Assembly (NCBI GenBank): GCA_039545335.1
Contig: BCIN01000008.1
Location: 569,528 to 633,527 of the forward strand
Direction: 5' to 3'
Source of the DNA: Kondoa subrosea
Lineage: Eukaryota
Length of the DNA: 64,000 bases
Shown: positions 52,134 to 64,000 of the stretch, piece after piece
How positions within the stretch are numbered: position 1 is the first letter of the stretch
Layout of the letters: the number at the start of each line of letters is the position of its first letter
Notes under the pieces: generated by a model
What the model saw: only the letters and a program-made list of their open reading frames with translations
Database searches by the model: none
Told to the model about the DNA's origin: nothing
Translations under genes and position numbers: made by a program

Positions 52134-52560
52134 TCATATCGAATTCAATGCTTTTGTTACCGCATCGCAAGGGTTATTGCCTCCATGCGATCTCACACAG
52201 ACGTAAGTTTCTTCTCCTGAGGAACATTTGATATCCTACGCAGATCTTAAGCATTAGATACATGCGAAAATTGCTTGACTCGCCTGGACAGATGGGCATG
52301 GGCAATCACTGGGCTTCGCGACGCATTCAAACGTGTCCTGACAAACGTATGTCTCGCAATTGTTGGCTATCAAGTACGGTAAGCGCTTTGTAGACAACTT
52401 GCTATGAGCAGAGCTAACCCTCCGTCTCAGACTGGCGCAAAATCTCGATTGCCTGAGGCTTGACTTGCTCTTGATGCTGGCCAAAGAAATTCCCGAAATT
52501 AAATTGCGCTGAGACAACTGTGCCGCAGAGGATGAAGCAGGCTAACAGAAGAAGCCGCAT
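52134..52560 (-). CDS. LCL2: Long chronological lifespan protein 2 (small secreted Cys-rich protein)
   Basis: Signal peptide MRLLLLACFILCGTVVSA-QFNFGNFFG; YVCQDTFECVAKPSDCPCP..QDIKC...YVCV. Confidence 0.85.
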
Positions 52561-53469
52561 TATAGGGATTGTTCGAGGTTTTGGAAGAAAGAGACAGCTT
52601 GACTCGCAACAGTAACCTTGCCCTTCCGCTGATCTTGTCTACTTCGCGCTGTCAGCTTCTGATTGCGTTCGTCTGGACTGAACTTCCCTCGCGTTCTTCA
52701 TTTTCTCGCTTTTCGGTTCTGCCAATCTGGTAAGCCAATAGGATGTATGGGCTTTCTGTCGCTGCCTAAATGAGCTCTTGTCTTGTCTTTCATTATCTCT
52801 CTTCCGCTTCCAGATTGTATCTCTCGCAGCGCGTTGCCAAGCTGCTCGCAGACCCAATTGAGGCTGATCGTTTATTCTCTAATCCATCGCCATTCTCAAC
52901 TCCTTATCAGACATGGCTGTTGTGGTTCCATCCACTGCACCTCTTATCTCAATCTTTTGTGATGTCGCTTTGCGAAGTCGTCTGTTCCCGAGCGCGGTTG
53001 CGAGGATGTTTCGCAACGTTTGTTGCAATGGAAGGCTGCTGTGTAGCTATATTACGCATGAAAGGGCATATATGTGTTACGGATTCTGATGCGCGCAAGC
53101 TTTGTGAGATCTTCCCTTTGCGCGCTTATGTGATATTGACGCACAGCTCGTCGCAAGAGCTTTCAATGCATGGGAAAGTCAGGATAAAATCATGAGCAGC
53201 TGCAGACCAAAGTAGCAATGCAATGCAGATCCTTACCTAAGCGCATTAAGCATGAACCGATAAATTTAAGCGTGGGACACTGGGACTGACTCTCAGCCAT
53301 ACTCAACCAGGAACTCATTCTCATCTCCTGACTGCTGCTACTCCAATGGCCTCTGAGTCCTCAAAATCCACAACAAAGCAGTAACAATCACGAAAAACAA
53401 AACCCATTCAACAGAAAACCCGACTTTGCACACACAATAGAGTTTCCAACCTTTATAGTTTAGACAGAT

Positions 53470-55258
53470 ATGCCTGAAGCTTCAACAGCTGCTACTCCTG
53501 CTTCAGCTTTAATGGGTGTAGCTATTCCTCCATCTGTAGCTTTCTTCATGTCAGTCACGCGCCTGGATGTCATTTCGGAAATCTAATGCAATTCATTGGT
53601 TACGAAACTTGCAGAGCTGGTGAGCTTCCACATACCCATCCAGAAGAGCCGTGTCCACTAAAAACCAATGCGAAACAGGTGCCGTAGCTGGTGCTGCTTC
53701 TCGAACGATAGTTAGTCCATTGGAGAGACTCAAAATCATCATGTCAGACCGTGCAACCTAGGTCCTCAGCATACAAGCTGATACCTAGTTCGCGACTGCT
53801 GACAGGCAATGTCAAGGAAGCGAAGCTCAGTATCGTGGTGTTTGGAGCGGGCTAGTCAAAATGTGGCAGCAAGAAGGATGGTAAGCTTTGAGTTCTTGTA
53901 CGACGCGAAGCAAAGGCTAAAGCAAAACTGATCCTCCAGGCGCGGGTATATGCGCGGGAATGGCGTTAATGTACTAAGGATAGCGCCATATTCAGCTGTT
54001 CAGTTCACGTCAGTTTGTTCCTCTGTTTTGTCAAGTTTATAGCTTACTGGGTCTACAGAGCGTGGGCTTAGCAAGATCAAAATAATCTAGCGTATACACT
54101 GATCACTATTCTTTGCAGCTATGAGCAAGCCAAGAAGTTCTACACTAGTAACGGGGCTACAGAGCTCGATACACCTAAACGATTAGCTGCAGGAGCAACA
54201 GCAGGTATATGTAGTGTATGCTCAACATAGTCGGTTCTTCTTCCCCTTCTTCCCTTTTCATCGCTGACCTGATGGCAAAGTCCACTTGATCTCGTTCGAT
54301 CTAGATTGAGTGTAGCGACGGCTTCTATAGGAACAGGAGGTTCAACTTATGCTCCTCCTGGTTCACATCTCACAATTTGGGGCATGACGAAAAAAGTCTT
54401 CCGTGAAGAAGGTGGTTTGAGAGGACTGTATCGAGGCTTGGTACCTACCGCTGTAGTAAGTGCTTCAACATGACTCATCTTCAATCTCTGAGGATTACAT
54501 ACGCGCAGGGCGTCGCTGTAAGCTTATTCTGTCCTGCATGAGGAGCTTTACTGAGGCAGATTAAAGCCTTATGTTGGAATATCGTTTGCGGGCTATGAGT
54601 TACTGAAGGTCAGCGATGATGTGAATAGCTCGTTGTAGAGCTTGATTCAAGCTTTCGTGGATAGGGCTACATAATACCAGACGACGCTGAAGTCATTGTC
54701 GTACGAAAATTGCTATGCGTGAGTTTGCCTTGGATCGTCTATAGATCTATCTCATGTATCAATTTTCACAGGGAGCATTAGCGTGCGTAGAGTTTACGTG
54801 TCTGTCGACCAAATTACTGACTTTTGCTGCAGAGGCGCGATAAGTCAAACGGTAAGCAATTCAACTTTCGGGCTTCTGTTCCGTCCCTCATCGGCGCTTT
54901 GTTCCAGCTCACATACGTAAGTGCTGTCTCCTGGGCGGTGATACTCATATTGAGAATGTCGAACAGCCTCTTGATGTGTTGCGACGGAAGATGCAAGTGA
55001 CGGGTATGTCGAATATTGAATTCAAGTACAACTCTGCTTGGGGAGCAGCGAAATCGATATTACGAAAGCAAGGCTTCGTGGGACTCTATTCTGGGATATG
55101 GTAAATTCTCTTCCCTCAATGCGTTCCATTTACTAATCATAAAGCATGACAGGCCTAATCTTTTAAAAGTCGCTCCAGCTATAGGAACGAGTTTCGTAAC
55201 GTATGAAACGCTCAAATCATTGATGGTACCCGAAACATCTAGTGGACATCAGGTCTAA
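53470..55258 (+). CDS. Mitochondrial carrier (SLC25, YPR011C/SLC25A42-like), about 15 introns
   Basis: AGAVAGAASRTIVSPLERLKI, GYMRGNGVNVLRIAPYSAVQF, TYPLDLVRSRL, GLYRGL, TYPLDVLRRKMQV, PNLLKVAPA. Confidence 0.93.
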
Positions 55259-55316
55259 TCCTCTCCAATAATTTCCTATCTTGCATTGCATTGTTATTGT
55301 CCCATGTAAAGCGTTC

Positions 55317-56650
55317 TCATTTCAGCCATGGCAATGACATTTCGATGAGACCACTTTGTACAAAGATAAAGGTAAGACCAAAGTAGCACAGAATGAGTAA
55401 AGGCCAGTCGAGCTTGTACTTTTCCACCACGACCGGCTTCGTTTGTTGTGAACGATTCCTTTCATATTGAAGATTCAGCTTATCCTGCTTCAGTTCAAGC
55501 ACTTCTATTCTCCTCTTTGATTCGTCTGACGTTTCCTTGCTGACCTCCAATTGTTGACGGAGTGAAGCGACTTCCCTCTTGATCATTTCTAATTCCCCTT
55601 TCAGATTCACTTCCTCCTCCTCAAGCTTCACATCAACTTTGACTATTGCATCTTCCGTTCTTTCCAAATCTCGATTCTTCCGAATGTTCAATGCTAATCT
55701 AGCCAACATGTCCAAAATCGCAGTTTGACTCGGACGACTTCCATTTGCGAAATCTTGCTTGTTGAAACTCGTTGATGCAATTGAGTACTCTCTTAAATTG
55801 TCAGAAAGATAGGGCATGTCATCGGCATGGTCGGTAGTAAGAATCAAGAGATTAGCGAGTGTGGACCAGAGTTGTGAACGAAAGTAAATTTCTTTTTCGC
55901 TTTGGGAAGTAAGATGTATTGTTTCATCGCTTACGCTGTCGAAATGAGAATAGCTAAGTGATGTCCACAAAGTCAGAAGGGAGAACAGGGAATTGAAGCT
56001 TGTTACAGCTTTGGCGGAACGAGGTGATGCACGAGTCAGGATCGGGTCAATTTGCGTGCGCACGCGCTGATCACCAGAGAGTAAGAGGCAAGGAAAAGAA
56101 GTGCTAGTTGATTCGTTAGCCTAGAATTGGTTGCTAGCCATGATAACACGAACTTTAACATCGATCGAGTAGAGTAGTCTTTTGGCTGGAGAGAATTAGG
56201 CGGAATACGCCAGTTGTGCAGCAAAGAAGGCTCGTTGCCTTCATAGTCGATCAAAGACCAAGCTCTGGCGCTTCTTTCGTCCAGTAAGCCAGCCAATTCT
56301 TCTTCGCAATTCAATTCGCTCGCTATTATCCGAGTTGTTTCCAGATCGAGCCATAGATCATGAAATGGAGCCAAACCACCCAAGTCGACGGAAGAGTTAG
56401 CGAGGTACTTGGTAAAACGCAGTAAGCCTTCAACTATTGTCAAATCACAGCTGAAGAAGAGTCTGGTGAGAGATATGAAGCTCATTTCTGGCTCTGGATC
56501 CAGAGTCCGGTAAATTACGAATCCGCGGAATTCGACAGTCACGCAAGGACATAATGCATTACTGATTGACTGATTGCTCGCGTGACCAGATAGTGATGAG
56601 GGCAGCTCGAAACGTAAAGGAAGAGAGGGAGCAGGCAGATGAGCGGCCAT
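55317..56650 (-). CDS. Degenerate APSES/KilA-N-like domain, coiled coil and C-terminal transmembrane helix (Bqt4-like architecture)
   Basis: IYRT...FISLTRLF...DLWLDLETTRIIASEL...LAGLL; heptads near 55450-55650; hydrophobic tail WPLLILCYFGLTFIFVQSG..SLPWLK. Confidence 0.55.
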
Positions 56651-56998
56651 AGTGAGACCTAGAGCCTTTTGAAGCGCTAGGCGAGCTCTTGCCTGTTCTC
56701 TTGCAGCAACCTGTACGCGCGCCGTCCGAATGTGCTAGCTATCACGGCATCCGTGTTGAAAGCTGGTCTGCTGTCTTTCAGCTCTCCTAGGTCTGCATCG
56801 TTCGACAGCAACTCGAGAATCAAGCCAAGCAATAATAATTGCTTGTTACGCGCTGAGTCGGGCGTGACACTCTTGATTGTTGAAGAAGACTCGCCGCAGA
56901 AGAAGTCTGCGCAGGAATCGCCTGGACTCGCTTGCGTTCGGCTGGAGCTGATCGCGAGGTTTGACGATGTCTGTGAGTCTTTCACTCTAGCTTTGTAG

Positions 56999-57896
56999 AT
57001 GCATTTGAAGGGTCTAGATCAGCTACGCGACGAGCGAGAGTACTATAGTAAAGCAGAATGTTCATATCAGGCTCACACTTTGACCCAGCTTTGTACTCAT
57101 CAGTGTCTCTCAGGGATATCAACAGACAACCAGAATCTCGTCTCGCGAAAGTCTACGATCTGTGGTAGTCAAAACATTGTATTGGGCGGCCGAACGATCC
57201 TTCGTCCTGCTGTCATAATTCGAGGTGATCTGCGTCGGACTGGATCTGGAAGTGCTGTTGCCGTTGCTATTGGGAAGCATTGCCAGATAGGAGAAGGAGC
57301 TGTGATCAGACCTCCGTACAAGTGCTACAAGGGGTAAGTCTCAAAAGCATATATCGACATCTACACGCTGAGCGATATACAGTGTCTTCAGCTATTATCC
57401 TATCAAAGTTTGTTCACTCTATCTCGCTCTGCATATGCGAGACAAGCTCAACTCGTCTTAGATTGGCGACTATGTGTCGGTCGGCGCTGGAACAGGTAAT
57501 GCTCACGCTTCTTTGTCTATGGCTCTCTCATTATGAATTCCGTGAAGTATTGGAAGCTGCGTCAGTGGGTAACATGGTGCAGATAGGACAGAATTGTGTG
57601 ATTGCGAGTTCTATCAGTTTTCTTTACGCAGAAAGGCATTTGACGACTTCACAGGGCAAATTCACCATCATCAAAGATTGTACAAAGATAGAAGATAATA
57701 CCATCATTGCGCCAAACACTGTCATTCCGTCGTACTCAGTATGGGCAGGATCTCCGGGCAAGGCGGTGGATGACTTGCCGGATTCCGCTGCTGAAACAAT
57801 CGAGGTTTGCCTTTTGATATTAGTCTGCATTTGCACTGCTCAAGATTAGTGCAGGCCAATGCAGTTAGGACTTTTGCTAATTTTCAGAAAGCTTAG
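56999..57896 (+). CDS. DCTN5: Dynactin subunit p25
   Basis: NLVSRKSTICGSQNIVLGG.TI...IIRGDLRR, IRPPYK.YKG, YYPIKIGD, CVIG.FTIIKDC, WAGSPG. Confidence 0.93.
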
Positions 57897-58069
57897 CTGG
57901 TCCGCAAAATTCTTACTGCTCCAACAACAGATATTTGCGGTAGCGGCCATTCGCGGGCAACCAAGACACCCACAACGTAAAAGATCGTCAATGCCTGTCG
58001 TGTATAATCCGTACAGTGCCGCTTCAATAATAAATACGATATCCACTCCGCCTCAAGCGAATCTCCCTT

Positions 58070-60960
58070 CTATGTCGACTCAAAAGTTCTTTGTACTCCC
58101 CAATTGTCCTTCATTGCTAATGTTTTGCCCCGGACCATGAGCTTCTCGTATTGCTGCTAGCCATCTCTTGCTCATTTCCGCCGATCCCTCTTCGAAGCGG
58201 TATGATTTAGCATTCTTTATATCTCATCAGCGTGACGCTCTCGTATTTAGGAGATCGAGACAGACTGTATAGACTTTAAATCCTTTCGGTCCATCTTCCT
58301 CAATCTTGGTCATGATCTGAGACGGTTCCATTGAAGCAGTTGAAGCGGTTCTCAGATGCTTAACAACAGCGGTCGGAAACGGTATTGATGCTTCGCTCTT
58401 TCTTCCAGGACCTATCAAGACTTCTATCTTGATCTTTACTCGTTGAGTGGATTCCTTAATGCACAGCAGACGACCTGCATCCGTCAAAAGAAGATGTCGT
58501 TTCTTACTGAAAAGACCGGTACGGTAACTGACAGGACCAGATTGTAGAATCATTTCATTCGGTAGTAAGACAGTGGACCATTTGTTCGTTGAAGCAGGTA
58601 TCGAAGGTGAATTCAACCCATTAGTATTAAGCTTACTTGCAGCCGAGCCATTGCTGTTCACGCTGAGTTGACTACCAGATGCACCTAGCATTCGAGCATT
58701 CGGTGGACTGAGAGGTAGATTTTCGGAATCTGTTTCGTCGCGATAACCAAAATAATCTTCAGAGGATTGAAAGATTTCGAAATTAGGTGTTCGAGGTGGA
58801 GGTGCCGGGACCAGACCTGAGCTAATCACTGGTACCGGGCATGTCCATAGACCATCAAAATCGATGCCATCGAAGAAAGAGTGGTCTTGAATAGCAGCGA
58901 CTCCTTGACCATCCCCGCCAAGTCGCAGCAAGGGGTCGCGTATCTAGTACAAGGCTCGTCACGGAAGCTCCCTTTTCCACATGAGCAGAAACTAACGAGT
59001 AGCTTTTCCACTAAATCCTTAGCATCCGGGGGAAAGCCATCTGGAAAGGTGTATTCGAGGTTGATGATCTTTTGGAAGGTCAAATATTCATTTGCTGCTT
59101 TGAAAGGTGGCTTCCCAGCAATGATTTGATAGATGACACAACCGAGAGCCCAAAAGTCCGAGCTAACATTGACCACATTTTCAGCGTCCGAGCAAGATCG
59201 GGTCAAAAAGGCATAGACGGACCTTTTGAAAGCAGTCTTTGTGGTGAGCAGCTCAGGACTAACATATTCAGCGGTTCCGACAAAGGAGTTTGCTCGTTCT
59301 TCCGCCGGGTTGGTCTCTGTTTTCAGAGGTAAAATCTTTGCAGTACCAAAATCCGTTATCTTGATTCGCATATTGCTATCCAGTAGAATGCTAACTCATG
59401 TTAAATCAGTAGCTTCTCGGAAAGACACTGAATTGTTCTAACTTTTCAGGCTTAAGATCGCTACAATATACAGATCAGCCTGTTTTTCTATTTGTAATGC
59501 CTGACACATACCGATGTATAACACCCCTTGAATGAATATGGCCCAGCGCACTAAGTACTTGCGCAGCATAGAACTTGGCAGAGGAAATATCAAAAGAACC
59601 ATGTTGTTTGATCAACTTGAGTATCTCGCCATTCTCTGCCAATTCAAGCACGAAGTCTGTGCATATACATGCTTCCTCAGCGCTCAGCACGTGAATAGAG
59701 CTTCCCATACGTACATAAACTTCGTTCATCGTGGAAGGTGTAGAAGAGCCTGACGATACCCGGATGTCGATGCAATCTATTGAGAGTATCCTTTTCGATA
59801 TTGACATACTTCTGCTTGCGTTCCTGTCAGGTAAATCTACAATCTCAGACCAGATTGGTCAAAGCATAGAATTCCCCGACCTTGACAATATGCCTCTTAT
59901 CTAGTACTTTCAAAGCATACTTTCTGTGAGGAGGAAATCGATCCGATACGCTGAAAACAGTAGAATAAGAGCCTTCTCCCAATATATCGCCGAAGTCGAA
60001 ATCATTGCTGCTTGTCCGAACATTGACTCCCACGCTCATAGATGAAGCTGTTCGAGAGATGACACCCGGTCGAGTAGGTTTGAGAAGATTGCTGTTCGCT
60101 ACACTGTTTGGTGTCGAAGGTAGAGAAGAAGCGTTTGCTACCATTTCGTTGGGATTTGGTAAGGCAGGCAAAGAGATTCTTAGAGAGTTTGAAGGAGGTG
60201 AAGATTTGATTGAAAGAGGTAGAGGAGCAAATCTACCAGAAGGTAGAACAGGTGGAGGTATTCCAGAAGGTGAACTTGGAGCTGTATGAGGTCTCCGTTG
60301 TCTTGTATCTAAATCCATAGAAAGAGGACCATGTATTGGACTTATACGTCGGGCCAAAGGAGATCCATCCACTACATCTTCAGCTTCTTCTGCGAAATCA
60401 TCGCTCGAATCTGCCACTGGATCGCTTGGTTCATCTTGTGGAGAGGAAGCTGCAGCTTTGGGTAAAAAGTAAGAAGGAACAACACCCATTCCTGTGTTGT
60501 TTCTTGTCATCATAGGCGAATTGGGAGCAGGTGTTCGCAAGGGCGTCTTGAGCGGTACAGCATCGACAGAATCCGTAGATCTCACGCTAGACTGGCGGGA
60601 AAAGGACGATGTTGCACTTGAGTTGGTACCCGAAGTAGCGCGAGACATCAAAAGGGTTGGTAGATTATTTGGAGGAGGTGTAGTAGCTTCTATAGACGAA
60701 GCGAGACTAGAAGTAGAAGTGCGTGGAATATCGAGCAGAGTAACAGGAGTATGACCTGCAGCTGATTGAGGTGTCCTTGGGACTAGACTATCTGCTGGCC
60801 TTGCTGTCAGAGGCTCGCTATCTTCCACAGCTTCATGTTGTGCATAATTCTGATGAGTCTCCTCCGCTTCTCCCTTGACTGTACTCGCTGTTGCTGCTTT
60901 GTCTCCATTCTTCTCAGAGCTGAAGCTCAGCCTGCCCAGCCTCGACGCCAATGAATTCAT
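58070..60960 (-). CDS. PKH1: PDK1/Pkh/Ksg1-type Ser/Thr kinase with C-terminal PH-like domain
   Basis: LGEGSYSTV, YALKVLDKRHI, HRDLKPEN, ITDFGTAK, RANSFVGTAEYVSPELL, NEYLTFQKI; GLFSKKRHLLLTD. Confidence 0.93.
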
Positions 60961-61416
60961 TGACGTCCACTCTGATGAGTTGTTTCGAGAATCAAAGGTA
61001 ATAGGGTATCGCTTGGTTGCTTAGCAGCTGGTATACACGCGTTAGATGCACGTGAGATCATTGATCTATCACGGCACCCTGATCACGAGCGGTATGATGC
61101 ATTGGGTCAACCTTGCTTGTCTATTTTGGATTCGAGTGCAACTCAATTTTGGATTACAAGTATTCTGCGAGCGAATTCGTCAATAGGAGGCGATACACGG
61201 GCAGGATATCGCACTCATACAACCCGGGGCAGTCAATTAGAGGGAGCGAATGGAAAGAAATAAGTGAAACGACTCGTGTAGTATTAGAATTGCAATCAAG
61301 GTATCATTCTCGTTTATACTTGTACACCACCAACGAAGCTTCCTAACTGTAAAGCTTATTCCATATCCTTCTCTTTATGATTTATCTTATAACCTTCTAG
61401 TGATTCTTGCTCTTAG

Positions 61417-64000
61417 TTAAGTGTTGACGGGTTGACCTGTTGGCTACAATATGCATTAGTCCAACAGTACTCATGAAGAAGAAGTTTAAAGAAAGACGAA
61501 CTAGGCAGCAGGAATACCAGTGTTGGCAACTTGAGGCTGGTTCATGAGACCAGAAGACTGCTGAAGACCAGATGACTGGGGTAGAGCAGATCCAGTGGTC
61601 GAGTAACCTTGACCAGATGTGGGTAGAGCAGATCCACCGGTCTGGAAAGCTTGACCTTGGCCAGGTAGTGAAGATCCAGTGGTAGAGTAGTTTGAAGCAA
61701 TAGGCAGAGCTGAACCGGTTGTCTGCTGTCCTTGAAGACCAGCAATGCCAGTGTCTTGAGGAGCACCAGAGTATCCATGTTGACCAGTTGACAATGATCC
61801 AGTTTGACCCAGAGTTGATCCGTTGCCGTGCGATCCGATAGCTGATCCAGCAGCAACTGGAACGACTGGTGCAACGACAGAGTTGTGAGCTGCTACTGAT
61901 CCGTTGTTGGAAGCAAGAGGAGTGGTTTGAGTGTTGTTTCCGCTGACAGCAGTTTTGGCCTTGTCGCCTAAAGATGAGTGACTGCGGTTATCGCGTTGGA
62001 AGCTATCAGGAACGATGTCGACTGCAAAACATATTCAGTACTACCCCTGAATTCTGCGGTTGCAGACGTACACTTTGGTGATCTCCAATCTCTGTTGGAG
62101 TGGTTGCTGGCGTTAGCGTTGTCTTCAACCACACCGACGATCGAGTTCTTGCTCTCCCAAGCCAAAAGCTTACTGCTGCGATCCTATAGCGAGGCGAAAG
62201 TTAGATGACCGACAAACTATGTGGTGAGAGGATTCGTACAGCCGACACTCGCAAATCACCAGTCTTCTTGTCAGTTTCCTATAGGCCAAGCAAAAGAATC
62301 AGATTTTGTACATCTGTCATGACCAAAAGAAGCAAACCTTTGCCTTGTGCTCAGCATCTTCCTTGCGACGAGCGAAAGCATCCTTGATCACATCTCTGCG
62401 AGAGACATCATCGCGACCAGAAGCATCGTCAAGGCGTTCTTTGATGTCTGAAAGTTGAGCATTGACTTGGTCGAGACCAGATCGGATTCCACCGGCAATA
62501 GCAGCTTCGATAGTCTTCTTAACCAGACCAGTAGCAAGAGGGCGAATGACAGAGATGAGGAAACTGTGCTTGGCTTCGCGAACCTTGAATTTAAGAGTAT
62601 CGACCTTGACTTTGACCTGTTCATAGGAAGATGACGATCAGCCAAAATTATCCGGATGAATCTCATCAAAGCTCACATCGACAACGTTGAAAGCATGACC
62701 TGGGCGTCCGGTTGATTCCAGGTGAATCTCACCAGAAATACCTTGTCCAGCAAGAAGAACATCGGCAATACCAGAGTCTGAAATCTTTGGGAAACCAGTC
62801 TTCTTCTTGAAGTAGAAGGGAACGTCACGAATATCAGCTTGAATCTGAGCGAAAGAAATCCAGAAGGAGTGCTTGTTCTTATCTTGAATGTTGCTGTAAG
62901 GAGACAACTTGAAGTAGTTCTTAACTTCAAGCTCAATGATGTTGGGCTAAGATATCGATCAGTGAGGACTGATCTAGTAAAATACTTTAAGAAAACGCAC
63001 AAAGATGTTTTGAGATTCAAGGGTTAAGTTCTCAATCACAAGATCGACCATGTTGTCAGTGTATTCAATTCGAGGAATTGGGACATAGCCAACACGTTGG
63101 ATGAGCTGAGGAACAATGACAGTGCGGATGTCGTTCCACAAGTGAGGCTTGATGGTGAGTTGGCCATCTCCGTCAAGAGCAAGACCCTTGAACAAACGCT
63201 TGAAGTCTTCACCGAGCTGAACGTTGAGTGGATCATCAGCATAAGCTTGGAAGAAGTCTTGCACAGAGTTGGTGAAAGCTTCTCGGTGACCGCGGTATCT
63301 TTCGTTGAAGAAACCTTTGCCGTTTTCACGCAGACGGCGACCTTCGCGATCGCACTCATCTTGCATAACGTAACCAGGTTCAGCAACGACATTGCGAACG
63401 TAAGTGTTGAGTTCACGGAACCAAGCCCTACTCGCCATGTCAGCGAATGAACATCTTTAAAGGGTTTGCACTCACTTGAGGTCAGGGTCATTGCGAGAGT
63501 CTTCGTAGATGTCATTGACGGAATCGAAAATGGGTTGCATAGACTGGTTGTTGGCAAAACGTTCAAGAAGAGTTCTCAAGTTTTGCTCAGCTTTGGTGTA
63601 AGCGGGATCGTCGCGAACGGCTTGCACGTGACCAGCAGATTGACCAGTGACGTCTTTAGCCGCACCATGGTAGTTTTCAGCTCGGTCGAGAAAGAAGTCA
63701 ACGGCTTCTTGGTAATCTTGGTGACGTTGTTGTTCAACAAGAACCTTCTTCAATCGATAGATGAATCGGTTGCGACGTTCTTCAGGGAACTTCTCCTTCA
63801 TGTAGTTCTACAAGAATAGCACTAAAGTTAGCAAAACTCTACTACCACTCTACTGAACACAACTGACCTTTGTGCGATCACGAGTTTCGCGAGCTCTGTC
63901 CTTGTGTTCTTGAGGAATCTTCTCCCTGGCCTGGTTCATCTTGTCCTTGATTGTGCCCTTGGCCTGTTCCTTCTTCTCGTCCTTGATTTGACGACCTTCG
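61417..64000 (-). CDS. HAM1-like (DUF4449/DUF5923) large fungal protein; 5' part lies outside the window
   Basis: RLKKVLVEQQRHQDYQEA, LRTLLERFANN, KPHLWNDIR, GYVPIPRIEY, DLVIENL.LES.N, FYFKKKTGFPKISDSG.ADV. Confidence 0.82.
61560..61730 (-). repeat. Four imperfect coding repeats (TGSALP-like) in the HAM1-like C-terminal tail
   Basis: TTGSALP...TTGSSLP...GGSALP...TTGSALP; the DNA GGTAGAGCAGATCCA occurs near 61580 and 61622. Confidence 0.7.

Noticed and set aside
1..64000. tRNA, rRNA, CRISPR arrays, transposons, alternative genetic code, read-through PTS1
   Set aside because: No diagnostic motifs or spaced repeats seen by eye; CTG encodes conserved Leu (DOA4 LDGLHEDLN); the post-stop frames I checked did not end in a PTS1.

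Overview
Eukaryotic, gene-dense and intron-rich fungal DNA. Introns are mostly about 45-65 nt and the code is standard (CTG = Leu at conserved positions). A compact basidiomycete-type genome is inferred from intron density and protein style. I reconstructed about 31 spliced protein-coding genes by hand. Left to right: an SDR, a bacterial-type beta-lactamase-family hydrolase, RPP40, MAK16, GUK1, ARC1, PrpF, an ankyrin-MYND protein, GYP1, a peroxisomal enoyl-CoA isomerase, a NIF3-like protein, an MBP1/Res-type APSES factor, a PHO13-like phosphatase, a Zn2Cys6 factor, a Tco89-like protein, COQ9, a second MYND protein, SNT2, a DMT/SLC35F transporter, DOA4, a xylose-reductase-type AKR, NTO1/BRPF, LCL2, a mitochondrial carrier, a Bqt4-like protein, dynactin p25, PKH/PDK1 and a HAM1-like protein, plus several orphans. 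I found no rRNA, tRNA, CRISPR array or transposon. No single clearly new biological system is evident. The best leads are a 3-nt micro-exon, frequent GC-AG introns, a possible dual-targeted GUK1, convergent stops 6 bp apart, two single-base frame disruptions, a putatively horizontally acquired hydrolase paired with an SDR, a long uORF-containing leader and a degenerate tail-anchored APSES protein. Exon boundaries are manual inferences without RNA data.
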